Below, piece after piece: positions 29,289 through 40,149 of a stretch of 63,119 nucleotides of DNA; within the stretch, counting starts at the first letter, position 1; every line of letters starts with the position of its first letter. The notes beneath the pieces were generated by a model. The model saw nothing but the letters and a program-made list of their open reading frames with translations. It was not told the DNA's origin and did not search any database. The position numbers were made by a program, and so were the translations under genes. Source of the DNA: a plasmid; the NCBI RefSeq assembly GCF_056746865.1, contig NZ_JBWKMP010000006.1. One strand, 5' to 3'.

Positions 29289-30577
29289 TATGGTGTCTCC
29301 GGTTGTTCATCATACCGACGTTGCATCACAGCTTTTCTTTGCTCCATGGCTGTCTGCATTCGTGCCTGCGAGCGTTGTTCCGCCTGTGATGTACGATTAA
29401 CTGAAGGGGAAATGCCACTGGAAAGGGAAGATGACCTGGCGTCGTTTGTCATTACCGGGTCAACAAACAGAATTGATACGACTTCATGCTGATACACTTC
29501 TACCTGTTTATAGGGCTCACTTTCTGCCTGGCGGGTTAATATCTGACTTCCTCTTTCCGCCATACCACCGGCAATAACGCCCGCAACAGCTTCACCACTG
29601 GGCATTCCCACGCGTCCGGTAACCGTGCCATAGTTACCCTGAATAACCTGCGTGTTGGCATCTTTATAAAGTGTGCCAATACTGCCCACACCTCCTAACA
29701 CTGACGGCAGAATGATATGTTTAAACCAGCGTGTATTCACATTGCTGGCCACGGATGACATCAGGTTGTCTTCCCGTTGAGCATATGCATTGACCTTAAG
29801 GTCCATGCCGTTCCAGCTCATCCGGTCGAAATGGATCTCCACGCCGTTACCCACCAGTTTGACTCCCGGACTGAACAGCGTTGCCCCTGCCCAGGGGCCA
29901 GCGGGAATGGTTGCGATAACCTTGGATGACGGGTTATCAGAATCCACTGCAGTATCAATATATGCCGGTATACGGGTCAGGGCAGGTATCAGTTGTATCC
30001 CTTTTTCTGCTACAGGCGTGGACAGGCTGGCATTCTGTAATGCGAATTGCTGCGTACCATTCTGCCCTGTTGTTTCTGCCGGAGATTTATTCCACATAGT
30101 CGTTGCTATGGTTGGTGTACTACCGGCAGGATGCTGATCTTTTATTCTTACAATCAGCTTTTGCAGCCGTTCCATACGCTTTTCACTGGCTGCTCGATCC
30201 TCCTGTGGTGTGCCGGAAGCCTGGCGATAAGCATAGTTTTCCGGTTTTGCTGCAGGCTGTTGTTGCTTTTCCGGAGTGTCCGGAATATCAAGCCCCTGCG
30301 GAAGACTGGCAATGAACGTCTGATTATTGCGGGCTGCCGCTGCAGCCCCTCGTTCATTATCCGCTCTTAACAGTTCACGATAGTGAGGCGTTTCGGTAAC
30401 GCTGCGCGTACCGCCGCTTGCTGCACTGTTTATGTTCACGGCTGACTGCATATCGCTGTTACTCCCTGATAGTTTGGAAAACGCGATATAGCCGCCGCCA
30501 AATAAGATGATGCTGCCCAGCCCAAGCAGGGCAGCCAGTTTCTTTCCGGATTTACCGGCATCCTGTTCAGCACTCAT
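29288..30577 (-). CDS. traO: TraO
   Basis: 429-aa ORF; assigned by synteny. Confidence 0.7.
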   Translation of the reverse strand: MSAEQDAGKSGKKLAALLGLGSIILFGGGYIAFSKLSGSNSDMQSAVNINSAASGGTRSVTETPHYRELLRADNERGAAAAARNNQTFIASLPQGLDIPDTPEKQQQPAAKPENYAYRQASGTPQEDRAASEKRMERLQKLIVRIKDQHPAGSTPTIATTMWNKSPAETTGQNGTQQFALQNASLSTPVAEKGIQLIPALTRIPAYIDTAVDSDNPSSKVIATIPAGPWAGATLFSPGVKLVGNGVEIHFDRMSWNGMDLKVNAYAQREDNLMSSVASNVNTRWFKHIILPSVLGGVGSIGTLYKDANTQVIQGNYGTVTGRVGMPSGEAVAGVIAGGMAERGSQILTRQAESEPYKQVEVYQHEVVSILFVDPVMTNDARSSSLSSGISPSVNRTSQAEQRSQARMQTAMEQRKAVMQRRYDEQPETP

Positions 30578-30579
30578 GA

Positions 30580-31563
30580 TTACTCCAGTTCTGGTGTCAC
30601 GTGAACGGACTGGCCATTCACAGAGAAAGTCAGTAGTGGGGTGACGGGAAGTTTCCAGAGATGAGTTCCGTCGGCAGAGGACAAGGTCTGTTCAAATTCA
30701 TCGCGCAACATCGCCCGGGAACGAACCAGAAGGTCATCGCCGTGTTGCCAGATCGTTGTATCCGGGACATTACCTGTGAATTTCAGCCTCTTAACTGAAG
30801 GGTCCCGGGGAGGAATACCATCCAGAAATGCCTGTAATGTTGCATCATGCAGGGCGATTTTATCCGTCGGGATGGAGACAACCGGGCTGGTTGGTCCCTG
30901 CCGTGGTATTCGCAGATCCAGACGACTGTCCATTTCCTGACTGGATGACGGCGTATCTGTTTCGCCACTGGTTACGTTCAGGATGACCGGTACCGACAGA
31001 CCTTTCAGGTAGACAGAAATATTTCCGGATGCCCATGGCCGCAATGGTGTGATTGTCACCATGTTCTCGTTGTACTGCACATCAAAGAGTTTTGGTGCCG
31101 CGTTATAAGGAGGATCGGATTGTGGCCATGGTGAACCGTTGATATCGGTAAATGTCACCACGCTCAGGTTGTTCATGGCTGTGCGAACAAGAGGAAGGCT
31201 GGCACCGGGGGACAGATTAACTGTCAGAGAGCTGATACGGGGTACAACACTGGTGATGGGCGCATTGATGGCCCGCTCGTTATCCGCCATGAGACTGCGT
31301 AGTGAGCGAATCTCATCGGCGGAGAGCTCAGAATCAAGCCTTGCCGCATCCTGTACCAGCGGGCTGGCCTGCCCGGGGGCAGGCAGCTCACCTTTTACCA
31401 GTGTTGCCGGAACACCTCCGGTGTTTTGGGAGGCGTTCTGAACGTGATCGCTGGCAGAATTTGTCGTTTGTGGTGTGCGTGCGTTCTGCCATCCTGCGTT
31501 ATCTGCAGACGTGGCGGCGCTGCACACCAGGAGCAGTGTGCTCAGTAAATAACGTGATTGCAT
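30580..31563 (-). CDS. traN: TraN (secreted/periplasmic)
   Basis: 327-aa ORF with a signal peptide; assigned by synteny. Confidence 0.7.
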   Translation of the reverse strand: MQSRYLLSTLLLVCSAATSADNAGWQNARTPQTTNSASDHVQNASQNTGGVPATLVKGELPAPGQASPLVQDAARLDSELSADEIRSLRSLMADNERAINAPITSVVPRISSLTVNLSPGASLPLVRTAMNNLSVVTFTDINGSPWPQSDPPYNAAPKLFDVQYNENMVTITPLRPWASGNISVYLKGLSVPVILNVTSGETDTPSSSQEMDSRLDLRIPRQGPTSPVVSIPTDKIALHDATLQAFLDGIPPRDPSVKRLKFTGNVPDTTIWQHGDDLLVRSRAMLRDEFEQTLSSADGTHLWKLPVTPLLTFSVNGQSVHVTPELE

Positions 31564-31573
31564 ATTACTTATC

Positions 31574-32266
31574 TCAGGAGTTCGGTCCGGCGTTACGGGA
31601 GATCATCTGCCGGATTTCCATACCGGATGGTTTCAGTCTGGGGTCAACACGCTGGATGGTGATTTCGAAAACAAAAGACTGTTCTGGCTTGCTGGTTGTC
31701 TGGCCGACCAGACGCATACGGACAGGATACTGGAATGTCCAGAACCATACGCCGTCGGACATTTGTCCCTGTCGTACCAGAACGCCAGCACCTGTCGTGG
31801 CGGTCAGATTCATCTTCTCTTTCTTGATCGTCTCCAGAATGTTAGATGCCTGTAATGCATTCACATATCCGACAAAACCTTCGTCAGAAAAACGCGGAGA
31901 CAGGGAGGAGATCTGTGAACGATAGTGCACAAAATCCAGGTTGAATGCGGTCGCCAGTGCCTGGCTGCCAAAGGCCATTGCATCATTCTGACTCCATGCT
32001 GGCTGACTTGTTGGTGCCAGCCTGACCAGACGACCATTGTCTGTAGCGAAATATTCGCGCTCCACATTCGTTGAGTGCCAGTACTGAATGGCGTTACCAG
32101 TAATACTGATAAGAAGACATGTGCCCGTACATAAAAGCGCTTTTATCAGCGCAGGGACATTATTTGCCCGCTGTTCTGACTGCTTCATAGCCCTGATTGT
32201 GCTCTTCAGTATTTCCGGGTCAGGTGCCGGATGTGATGGCGAGGATGGCTCGGTATTTTCGGTCAT
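31574..32266 (-). CDS. traM: TraM
   Basis: 230-aa ORF; assigned by synteny. Confidence 0.65.
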   Translation of the reverse strand: MTENTEPSSPSHPAPDPEILKSTIRAMKQSEQRANNVPALIKALLCTGTCLLISITGNAIQYWHSTNVEREYFATDNGRLVRLAPTSQPAWSQNDAMAFGSQALATAFNLDFVHYRSQISSLSPRFSDEGFVGYVNALQASNILETIKKEKMNLTATTGAGVLVRQGQMSDGVWFWTFQYPVRMRLVGQTTSKPEQSFVFEITIQRVDPRLKPSGMEIRQMISRNAGPNS

Positions 32267-32610
32267 AGGTTGTAGTCCTTCCAGGGATCAATATTCCCCG
32301 GCAGCTTTTCATTCACCTTGTCCACGACCGCGTCGCAGACCTGGTTTTCCAGCTGCGACAGAATGTCGTCAAGGCTGGGGAACTGGGGGAGGTTTATGCT
32401 GATTTTTTTGATTCGTGACAGACAGGACTGCAGGGATGAGGAAACATCGTTTTCACGTTGTGACCATGCATCCGCAGCTGCACGTGCTCGCTCATATCCT
32501 GTATTACTACCGGCCTGTGCCGCGCTACCCGCACGACAGGTTGCAGCACTTGCCGTGGATGAAATCAGGATAAGGCCGAGCACGGCAACCAGAGACTTAT
32601 GCATGTTCAT
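32263..32610 (-). CDS. traL: TraL
   Basis: 115-aa ORF with a signal peptide; assigned by synteny. Confidence 0.6.
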   Translation of the reverse strand: MNMHKSLVAVLGLILISSTASAATCRAGSAAQAGSNTGYERARAAADAWSQRENDVSSSLQSCLSRIKKISINLPQFPSLDDILSQLENQVCDAVVDKVNEKLPGNIDPWKDYNL

Positions 32611-32627
32611 ATGGCTTCCTTACCGGC

Positions 32628-35600
32628 TCATCGGCCGGGGCTGTGGGAGAGATCCTGATGCAGAGTTTTTTCCTGCCTGTCCTCCGGCTTTTGGCTGTTG
32701 GACCACTGCTGCCATGACTGCTCGAAGCCCAGGTTCCGGTACAACGCATCAGGTTGTTTTTCCGGCGTGTAGACAGCAGCAAAAAGCGGTTCTTCCCGGG
32801 TTTTCAGATGAAACTGCATAAGCTCCGGTGCGGGGCGATTCGTGCTGTCAGCATCGTGGTTTACCGCTTCACCATAACCTGCAAAGCGTAAACCTTTGTC
32901 GGTCAGCGCATTGATAACCAGCTGACTGTTGTCGGCTGATGGGGTGGCCAGTGCCGGATACAATGTGCCGTTCAGCCGGACCACACCCTGCAGATGTTCA
33001 TCGGCACTCTGGACAAGTAGCAGGTTGAGTTCACGCGTATCCTTATCCACTGATCCCAGAACAGGTGTCAGCTTGTCAGGGGCTGCGCTGGTTATTTCTG
33101 TTACCTGATTTGCGTTCTGTGGCGCGGAGACCGGATGTCGGTCTTCACCGATAAACAGATGTGAGCCGACGTTTTCTGGCATACGTAACGCTTTCATCTC
33201 TTCGGGCCACCCCTGGCTGATTTGCGCAGCCACTTTCATAAAGGTTTCGACCGGAATCGCCTGAATACGCTGACCTTTATCCGGATTATCATGTGATACC
33301 GAGATCCCGTTGGTAACTGACTCCATGGACCACTTATTCCGGAAACGTGCTTTTTGCTCTCCCGGGAGGATGAATTGTTCGCGGTTCTGAAGTGTCAGTG
33401 TCACCACGTCACCTTTCTGATGGTTTTTGACCAGACTTTCCAGTTGTTCCCCCCAGTAGAGTTTGCTGCCACTGCGGTTTTTAAGCTCAACAAAGAAACT
33501 CTCTCCTTTGCCGGGTGCATATTCAGCACGACCAAAATTGTGCAGTACGGCAGTCACGCTCTCTCCCGGGCGAAGTTTTCCTGGTGGTTCTTCACCTTGT
33601 GCCGCATCTGCCGTTTTGCCAGGTTCAGCCGGTGATGATGCAGGGACGGTGCTGACGGTTGATGCTTCAGGGGCAACTGGGGACGCCGGGGATTGTGTGG
33701 CTTCTTTTTCCTGAACGGGGTCAGGGACAGCCGGTTGTTCAGGGGTATTCCGGTTAAGTTCCGGTGTTGGCTGATGGGTGACAACAGCATCCTTACCGAC
33801 AGCCATTTCCTTGCGTAATTTTTCGAGCTCCAGACGCTGATCAGGCAATTTCATGCGCACATTGATGTTGTGCTCGATAATCAACTGCATCGCTTTTTGC
33901 TTAAAGGCATCACTGCCCGTCAGCTCAATGACGCCACCATAAAAATTAGTGGCCACAGCAAGTGCGGCCAGAACACTGCGATCGTCATTGCTGGCACCGT
34001 TGACCATTTCCAGCCGGTTTACCCGGTCAATGAAGGCAGGTTTGCCATCCAGTTTGTACAGGACGGTTCTGTCTGCTCGTTTTTCCCCTTCAGTGATTTA
34101 ATGATTTCGTCCAGATTGAGCGATATCGGTGCATCAGGACGTTCCGGGGCGTAGACAATACTGTCAGGTGTCGGTGTGGTCGTCGTGGTTTCCGGTGAGG
34201 GCGTGGGATCACTGTTCTCATGTGCCTGTGAATCCGTTTTTTTACGCGTAAAAAAGCCACGCGCTTTGTCGAGAAACGATGAAGTATTATCAGAAGGTGA
34301 TGTGCTCTGAACAGGTTGCTGTGGATTGGGTTCATCCCGGACAGCCGGTTCTGCAGTATCTGTTGTGGCCTGAAGTTCTGACTCATCTGCCTGAACGTGG
34401 TCTGTGTCCGGTTGCGACGGCATATCACTGTTTTCCTGCAGATGCTCAGGATTTTCATTGTTCATCAGCTCCTGATATGCGCTGTAGTTTTCGTATTCTT
34501 CGGGGCCATCTGACTCAGGAAGGAACGGCTCTGGCTGAAGGGGAATGTCTTCAGTTACATGGCTGACCGCCTCTTCCCGGGGAGTATCCGGGGATATTCC
34601 GGTGCTTTGTTTGTCATCAGGCTCCGTCATCACGGTCATTTCCTCTTTGACTGCATCAGGGGAAGGTGATGGCTCGGCTGATTCATTCATGGTTTCAGAT
34701 GAGGGACTGTCTTCAGGGGATGCGGGGGCGGCAGCAGGGGCCGGTATTTCAGGTGAAGTGCCGGATTCCTGTTGTGACTCGTTTTTTTCCGGTTGTGACA
34801 GTTCGGCTTCAAATTCACGCCAGTCTTTATCTGTGGCCACCGAGACAACTTTTTCCGGAGGTTCCGCCGGATGAGCGGGTTCATCAGGGGCAGATGCCGT
34901 TGTACTTTCCGGGGACGCCGGTGATTCTGCAGGGGAGTCCTGAACTACAGAGCTTTCCGTTTGCGCCTGAACGTTATCAGCGTGCCGCTCATCTTTGCCG
35001 TTATTTTCAGTGGCGTGACTGGTAAATGACTGTGTTTCATCAGCAATGTTACTGCTGGAAGCAGCTGGTTGTTCCTGCTGCGTGGCGGACGGCAGAGAAG
35101 GTCCCTGGTCATGGCTGTGCCCTGTATCGGGTGATGTTTCAGGATATTCTGTCGGAGTCATGGTTTTTTCCTCAGTGTGGACCGGTGTAAAAACGAGGTT
35201 GCCGATCACCAGTGCCTCGCGGATTTCCGGGGTGTTACTGTTGGGGGTGGAAACCCCGATGTGTTCTAACTGGGCGTTGATGACATGCTGAAAAGCGGCC
35301 CGTCCCCGGCTTGCGTCCAGGTCATTGAAATCGGTCAGCCCCTGCGCTTTTTCGGCATCGGTGAACGCAGGAAAGATGACCGTTCCTCCTGTCAGTTCTG
35401 CGGCTTTTGTTGCACTGACGATACCTTTGTTAACCCGGATTGCATGATCGTTGTCGGCACAGAAGATAAAGGGGCTTTGCGTCCACTTTTGCCGGGCATT
35501 TTCGGCAACGGCAATCATGTTGCCTCCATCCACCGTCATCAGTACCGGAAGGCCCGTGGCTTCGTGCAGGGAGGCCGCAGTGGCATAGCCCTCGGCAAAC

Positions 35601-36394
35601 AGTACCGGCTGACCGTTGCGCGGTGTGCCCAGCGCAAACCAGTTACCGGTTTTCTCTGAATCTTTCAGGATGCGGGCATCCTTCCCCCCGGTGACCGGAA
35701 TACGCTGGTAAGAGCGTATCGCGCCGTTACGGTTACTGAAGGGAATAACCAGTTCATTTTTGTTGTTTACCCGCACCCCCGGTGCAGCCTGAATGCCTTT
35801 CCGGGTCAGGTATTCATGTGCTGTGGCCTGCGGCCATTTGTTGACATAGCGGCGGGCATACGCGGCCTGTCGGTTGTACTGTGCTTTCAGTTCCCGCTCC
35901 GCGTCCTCCCTGCGTTGCATTGAATGCGCTTTCAGGTGGAGTCTTGCGCGGGGATCTGTCTGTTCTCCGCCGGAGAAGGTCCAGGTGATCGGCGAATCAT
36001 CCGCGCTGCGATAATCCCTGTACCAGCCGGCAGGTCTGCCGTCCAGGAATCCGCGATATGCGCCACTTTTTTGTCCTTTTTTGTCATCGGCGGTCGGGAC
36101 ACGGTGGATTTTCCCGTCCATGACCGGCAGTTCTTTCAGAACCAGTCCGGCATTCTCCAGAACCTGGGCAAACTCGGTGACCGGATCACTGCCGTTCATG
36201 GAGACGTCCTGTGGCCGGGGCAGCCAGCGGTCCAGCCTGGACAGGTCCGCCCCCGGGCGGGCGAACCAGAGTTTGTGCTCCTTGTCCCAGATGACGGGCG
36301 TGTGCCCGTTCATCGGGGGATGTGCTTTTTTGAGATCTTCTATTTCATCTGCAGGCACGGCAAGCCAGGTGCGGTAGCGGGATACAGACGGCAT
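32628..36394 (-). pseudogene. sogL: Sog DNA primase (SogL/SogS), frameshifted between 34022 and 34098
   Basis: N-terminal primase part (ORF ending 34019, start ATG 36394 with AGGAGA) and 459-aa C-terminal ORF (32628-34007) are in different frames; a G4A5 run at 34081-34089 is the likely indel site; Asp/Glu/Pro-rich linker is typical of Sog. Confidence 0.85.
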
Positions 36395-36483
36395 GAGTGC
36401 TTCTCCTGAAAAAAGACGGAAAAAAACCACCGCCGGAAGCCGGGGGTGGCTGGGGGGATAGAAAATCGGGGGAGAAATGTTTG

Positions 36484-37035
36484 TCAGGGTCTCCAGTCTG
36501 TACCCTTATTCCAGCGATCCTGCCAGTGTTCAAGATATTGTGCGGCTACATCCGGCATATTCTTGAGCACAACGACATTCTCTGAATTCTTGCGTGCAGC
36601 AGCACGAGAGAAGTTATAGGAGCCAGTTTCAACCGTGTTTCCGTCAACAATGATGACTTTGTCGTGATGGATGGGGAAGGCATCTACAGTCCGGAGAGGA
36701 ATGTCCAGCAGGTTGATATATTTCATCGCTTCCTGACTTGCCCGGTTCGTATTCCCCTTGTCATCAACAACAATACGGACGTCCACTCCGCGTTTTTTCG
36801 CTTTTGCCAGCGCATGCATTACATCCGGGTCGGTGAAGGAATATGCCATCATCCTGATGGAGCTTTCCGCACTGTTGATTGTGTCAAGCACCAGAGCGGA
36901 TGCGCTTCCTTCAGGAGAAAAGCCGACCTTCACGGATGGCGTGTCGATCATTGCAAACGATGGTGTCGTGAACAGTAACGGGCATGCCAGTAGCGATACC
37001 CGGAGCAGAGTAACGATAGTTTTTTTACCTGACAT
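36484..37035 (-). CDS. nuc: Nuc endonuclease (phospholipase D family)
   Basis: 183-aa product from ATG 37035 (MSGKKTIVTLL..., GGAG upstream) with signal peptide and HxK(x)4D motif (HHDKVIIVD). Confidence 0.8.
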   Translation of the reverse strand: MSGKKTIVTLLRVSLLACPLLFTTPSFAMIDTPSVKVGFSPEGSASALVLDTINSAESSIRMMAYSFTDPDVMHALAKAKKRGVDVRIVVDDKGNTNRASQEAMKYINLLDIPLRTVDAFPIHHDKVIIVDGNTVETGSYNFSRAAARKNSENVVVLKNMPDVAAQYLEHWQDRWNKGTDWRP

Positions 37036-37049
37036 AAAGACTCCAGAAT

Positions 37050-37340
37050 TTAATCGAGGCCAGTCCAGTCTCGTGGTGATTCCGTATGGTGGCGATACCA
37101 CCATGGACGACCGGAGGCGATGGCCCCTCTCAGAATGCTGAAAATGCGTGTACAGATAGTCCTGACAGTCCAGCCTGAACGGTCGAGAATAACGAAAAAT
37201 AAAATGATGCCGGTGCAAATCCAGAAGGTTGTTTTGGAGGGAAAGGGGCATATAAACAGATAAATCATGGTGAACGGCAGAGGTACGCCCTGGATGTTGA
37301 CTGGCGGTGTTGCATATCGCCAGAAACCTTCTCTTTTCAT
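37050..37340 (-). CDS. traK: TraK (small membrane protein)
   Basis: 96-aa hydrophobic ORF between traJ and nuc; assigned by synteny. Confidence 0.55.
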   Translation of the reverse strand: MKREGFWRYATPPVNIQGVPLPFTMIYLFICPFPSKTTFWICTGIILFFVILDRSGWTVRTICTRIFSILRGAIASGRPWWYRHHTESPRDWTGLD

Positions 37341-38485
37341 GACCGTAACTCCCCTGGCGGGATAAAAAGAATCGCTTCTCTTCGGTCAACTTCATTCCGG
37401 ATATACATTTCCAGAATCTGGTCCCGGATACGGCGCTTCTCCTGCCGGATTATGGCATCAATGTGATGCCCCCACTCTGCATGCGGCATTCCGGAAAGAT
37501 TGTCGCGAAGCTCATCGTTAATGACGATATATTCCCGGACGGCTTTACGACCACCGTCATTTGTTCTGACCAGAACCTGAACCAGAATGAACTGCAACAG
37601 TGACAGGACAGCCCAGGCCATCGAATCCCTGATGACAGGGGGAAACAGCCCAAGAAGACGTGCCAGCGTTTCACCAGGAGATTTCGTATGCATGGTGCTC
37701 AGGCAGTAATGCCCGGTGTTGCCTGCCTGTACCGCTGCGTCGGCGGTTTCGTTATCCCTGATCTCACCAACACCGATAATTTCGGGATTACGTCGTACAG
37801 CAGAACGCAGTCCGGCAGCAAAACTGACCACATCACGCCCGATTTCTGCCTGATGCGGTGGGAGCAGATCGTTTTCATTTCCCAGGATATATTCCACCGG
37901 GTCTTCATATGTCACGATTTTGGCGTCGGGGAAATTGTCCATAATGTAACGGTACAGTGCTGAACACAGCGTTGATTTTCCTGACCCGGTTTCACCACAT
38001 ACAAATCCCAGACCGCTTTTGCAGACCATTGCTTCAAGCAGGTCTGGTTCAATGTTCATGGAGAGAATGTCCGGTATTTCTGTCGGGATGACACGCATGG
38101 TTATTGAGATTGCTTTCTCCTCCGCACCAGATGTGCCCTGAATGAGGTGAGAGCGTAACCGGATGCGTTCTCCGCGTTTAAGACCATAGCGCCCGGATGC
38201 ATCCCCGTTAATCTGTATCGTCCTGTCAACCGGATTGCCTGCCAGAACGCGGGGAATGACTTCCCGACCGAACAGTTCATCAATCAGGGAGGACATGAGT
38301 GTGGTTGGTAACGTTGCACTGGAACAACGCACCCGTCGGCCAAAGCGACTGACAGATACAGGTGACCCGCCGGTCAGATCCACATCACTGACTTTATGTG
38401 CGGCACACCAGACAAAGAAATGCCGTAGTTCATCTGCAGTGAAACGCTGAAACGGAAAAAGACCAAACTCATCAGGAATATTCAT
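37337..38485 (-). CDS. traJ: TraJ (DotB/PilT-like secretion ATPase)
   Basis: 382-aa ORF with Walker A GETGSGKST. Confidence 0.85.
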   Translation of the reverse strand: MNIPDEFGLFPFQRFTADELRHFFVWCAAHKVSDVDLTGGSPVSVSRFGRRVRCSSATLPTTLMSSLIDELFGREVIPRVLAGNPVDRTIQINGDASGRYGLKRGERIRLRSHLIQGTSGAEEKAISITMRVIPTEIPDILSMNIEPDLLEAMVCKSGLGFVCGETGSGKSTLCSALYRYIMDNFPDAKIVTYEDPVEYILGNENDLLPPHQAEIGRDVVSFAAGLRSAVRRNPEIIGVGEIRDNETADAAVQAGNTGHYCLSTMHTKSPGETLARLLGLFPPVIRDSMAWAVLSLLQFILVQVLVRTNDGGRKAVREYIVINDELRDNLSGMPHAEWGHHIDAIIRQEKRRIRDQILEMYIRNEVDRREAILFIPPGELRS

Positions 38486-39300
38486 CGGGAGCCTCCTTCA
38501 GTGCCTATAAGCGGACGCCAGTGAGATTTCTGAAGATTGAATTCCGCATGATTTTTAAGGCGACGAACACGATCTCCAGTGACCAGTTTTTTCCCGTCAC
38601 CTGTAACGGTTTGCATTTGATCAGAAACATCCGGACGGGTGATCATGCCCTGACGCCAGAGAAGTGAGTACAGCATCATGCCCCGGTAATCACGGGTGAG
38701 GGTTTTCTGGTTGGCTTCAAGCGTCAGGTCGGCGTTTTGTCTTCCTTCCTGCCATCCCTGCCGTAATGCGGTTTCCCACACTTTTCGTTGCACGCTGTCT
38801 TCTGGAACGACGCTGCCTTCTGTACCCGGAGTGGCTGTTGTTGAAAGCCCCCGGAGAAGCCAGTCACGCCAGCCCGGTGGATTGCTGACAAAGCGTTCAG
38901 GGCGAATGATGGTCCAGACCCGGGAAGAGGTCCGGATTTGATCTGGCGTGATATGAGCAACGTCCTGTGCTTCATCAATAACCGGTGGTAGCCAGCCTTC
39001 CGGGCTAATCAGTGGCCGGAAATCGTATAAGGCATTAAGTGTGCTTTCCCGGGCGTTGAGTGCCTGAATCAGCTCCCATGAACGCTGAGCCTTGCCACCA
39101 CGAAATCCAAGCGTTTTACCTGCGTCGGTCAGCATTTTCCAGCGGGTTTCTGACAGACTATCCGGCTTTTCACTTCGTGGTTTAAGCCATGCATTAATGT
39201 CAGGTGGTGGCGTATTGACACCACCTGGCGAGATGGTGGGGGAAGAAGAACAACCAGTAAGCAGTATTACTGGCAAAATGAGAGAGGTGAGTGCTTTCAT
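38482..39300 (-). CDS. traI: TraI (lipoprotein)
   Basis: 272-aa ORF with lipoprotein signal (LLTGCSS). Confidence 0.7.
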   Translation of the reverse strand: MKALTSLILPVILLTGCSSSPTISPGGVNTPPPDINAWLKPRSEKPDSLSETRWKMLTDAGKTLGFRGGKAQRSWELIQALNARESTLNALYDFRPLISPEGWLPPVIDEAQDVAHITPDQIRTSSRVWTIIRPERFVSNPPGWRDWLLRGLSTTATPGTEGSVVPEDSVQRKVWETALRQGWQEGRQNADLTLEANQKTLTRDYRGMMLYSLLWRQGMITRPDVSDQMQTVTGDGKKLVTGDRVRRLKNHAEFNLQKSHWRPLIGTEGGSR

Positions 39301-39755
39301 TTTTTCCGGTTCTCCGGCTGCATGAAGCTGACCTGTAACAAGCCCGGATATTGATGGATTGTTGCTCTCCAGGCTGTCTGGGCTTCAATAAGTCTCAACG
39401 TATTGGAAAACGTCATATCCCGGACGTGAAGGTTGACTGGTAACGGCAGGCGGACACCATTGTAGTTAAACTGCATCCCCCTGACTCTGGCCAGTTCGTT
39501 CAGTAATTCAATTGCATCACCTTCCCAGTCAAAGGAAAGGCGATCGCTGTTAGCTGTCAGAAGATGAGACCCCGTTGAAACCGGAAGTTGGCCGGAAAAC
39601 ACACCTTTGTCCCATAATGTGTACTGAGTGTGCCGGGTAACCGCCACATCAGAGGCAGCACCGTAGTTACGCGGAACAGGAGTATGCTGAGAAGGGGAGT
39701 TGCAGCCAGCCAGAAAAAGGGCGGCAAGACACCCCGCAGGTATAATACGGTTCAT
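39297..39755 (-). CDS. traH: TraH (lipoprotein)
   Basis: 152-aa ORF with lipoprotein signal (FLAGCNS). Confidence 0.7.
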   Translation of the reverse strand: MNRIIPAGCLAALFLAGCNSPSQHTPVPRNYGAASDVAVTRHTQYTLWDKGVFSGQLPVSTGSHLLTANSDRLSFDWEGDAIELLNELARVRGMQFNYNGVRLPLPVNLHVRDMTFSNTLRLIEAQTAWRATIHQYPGLLQVSFMQPENRKK

Positions 39756-39962
39756 AATAATTCCTGAGCAGTTAAATCAGAATGGGATATACCGGTGCTC
39801 CGGTACAGACAGGATGATGTTTGTTTCCGGCTATACTTGCGTTACCGGAAATAAATGCCAGTGTGGCCAGGTAAATAGCCTCATAGTTTACTGAAGGTGA
39901 TTATTCCTGATACTGGCTGGTTGATGTGTCGTCAGACATAAAACGAATATGAGCGTAATCTT

Positions 39963-40110
39963 TAACGCTCCGCGCCGAATCGATCCATGATGGATGACTC
40001 GACGATTTATGAATCGAACGTACCGGCGCTTGTCCCTGAAACAGTTCCCGGCCCTCGTCCGGATAACCTGCAATTCAGACAGGCACATGTGCCCGTACAC
40101 TCTTGTATCT
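39963..40110 (-). repeat. conserved leader module E1 (family of three) upstream of traH
   Basis: ~150 nt with conserved ends shared with 59013-59165 and 60075-60230 (5-prime TAACGCTCCGCGCCGAATCGATCCATGATGGA, 3-prime CCTCGTCCGGATAACCTGCAATTCAGACAGGCACATG) and a divergent middle. Confidence 0.5.
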
Positions 40111-40149
40111 TACTGAGTATATCAGAATTTATGTAAATTCAAATATCCT

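Noticed and set aside
39888-40100. 70-aa ORF (and 60045-60269, 74 aa) translating the conserved leader modules
   Set aside because: Amino-acid similarity between them is only a by-product of the conserved nucleotide ends; the middles are unrelated and there is no ribosome-binding site
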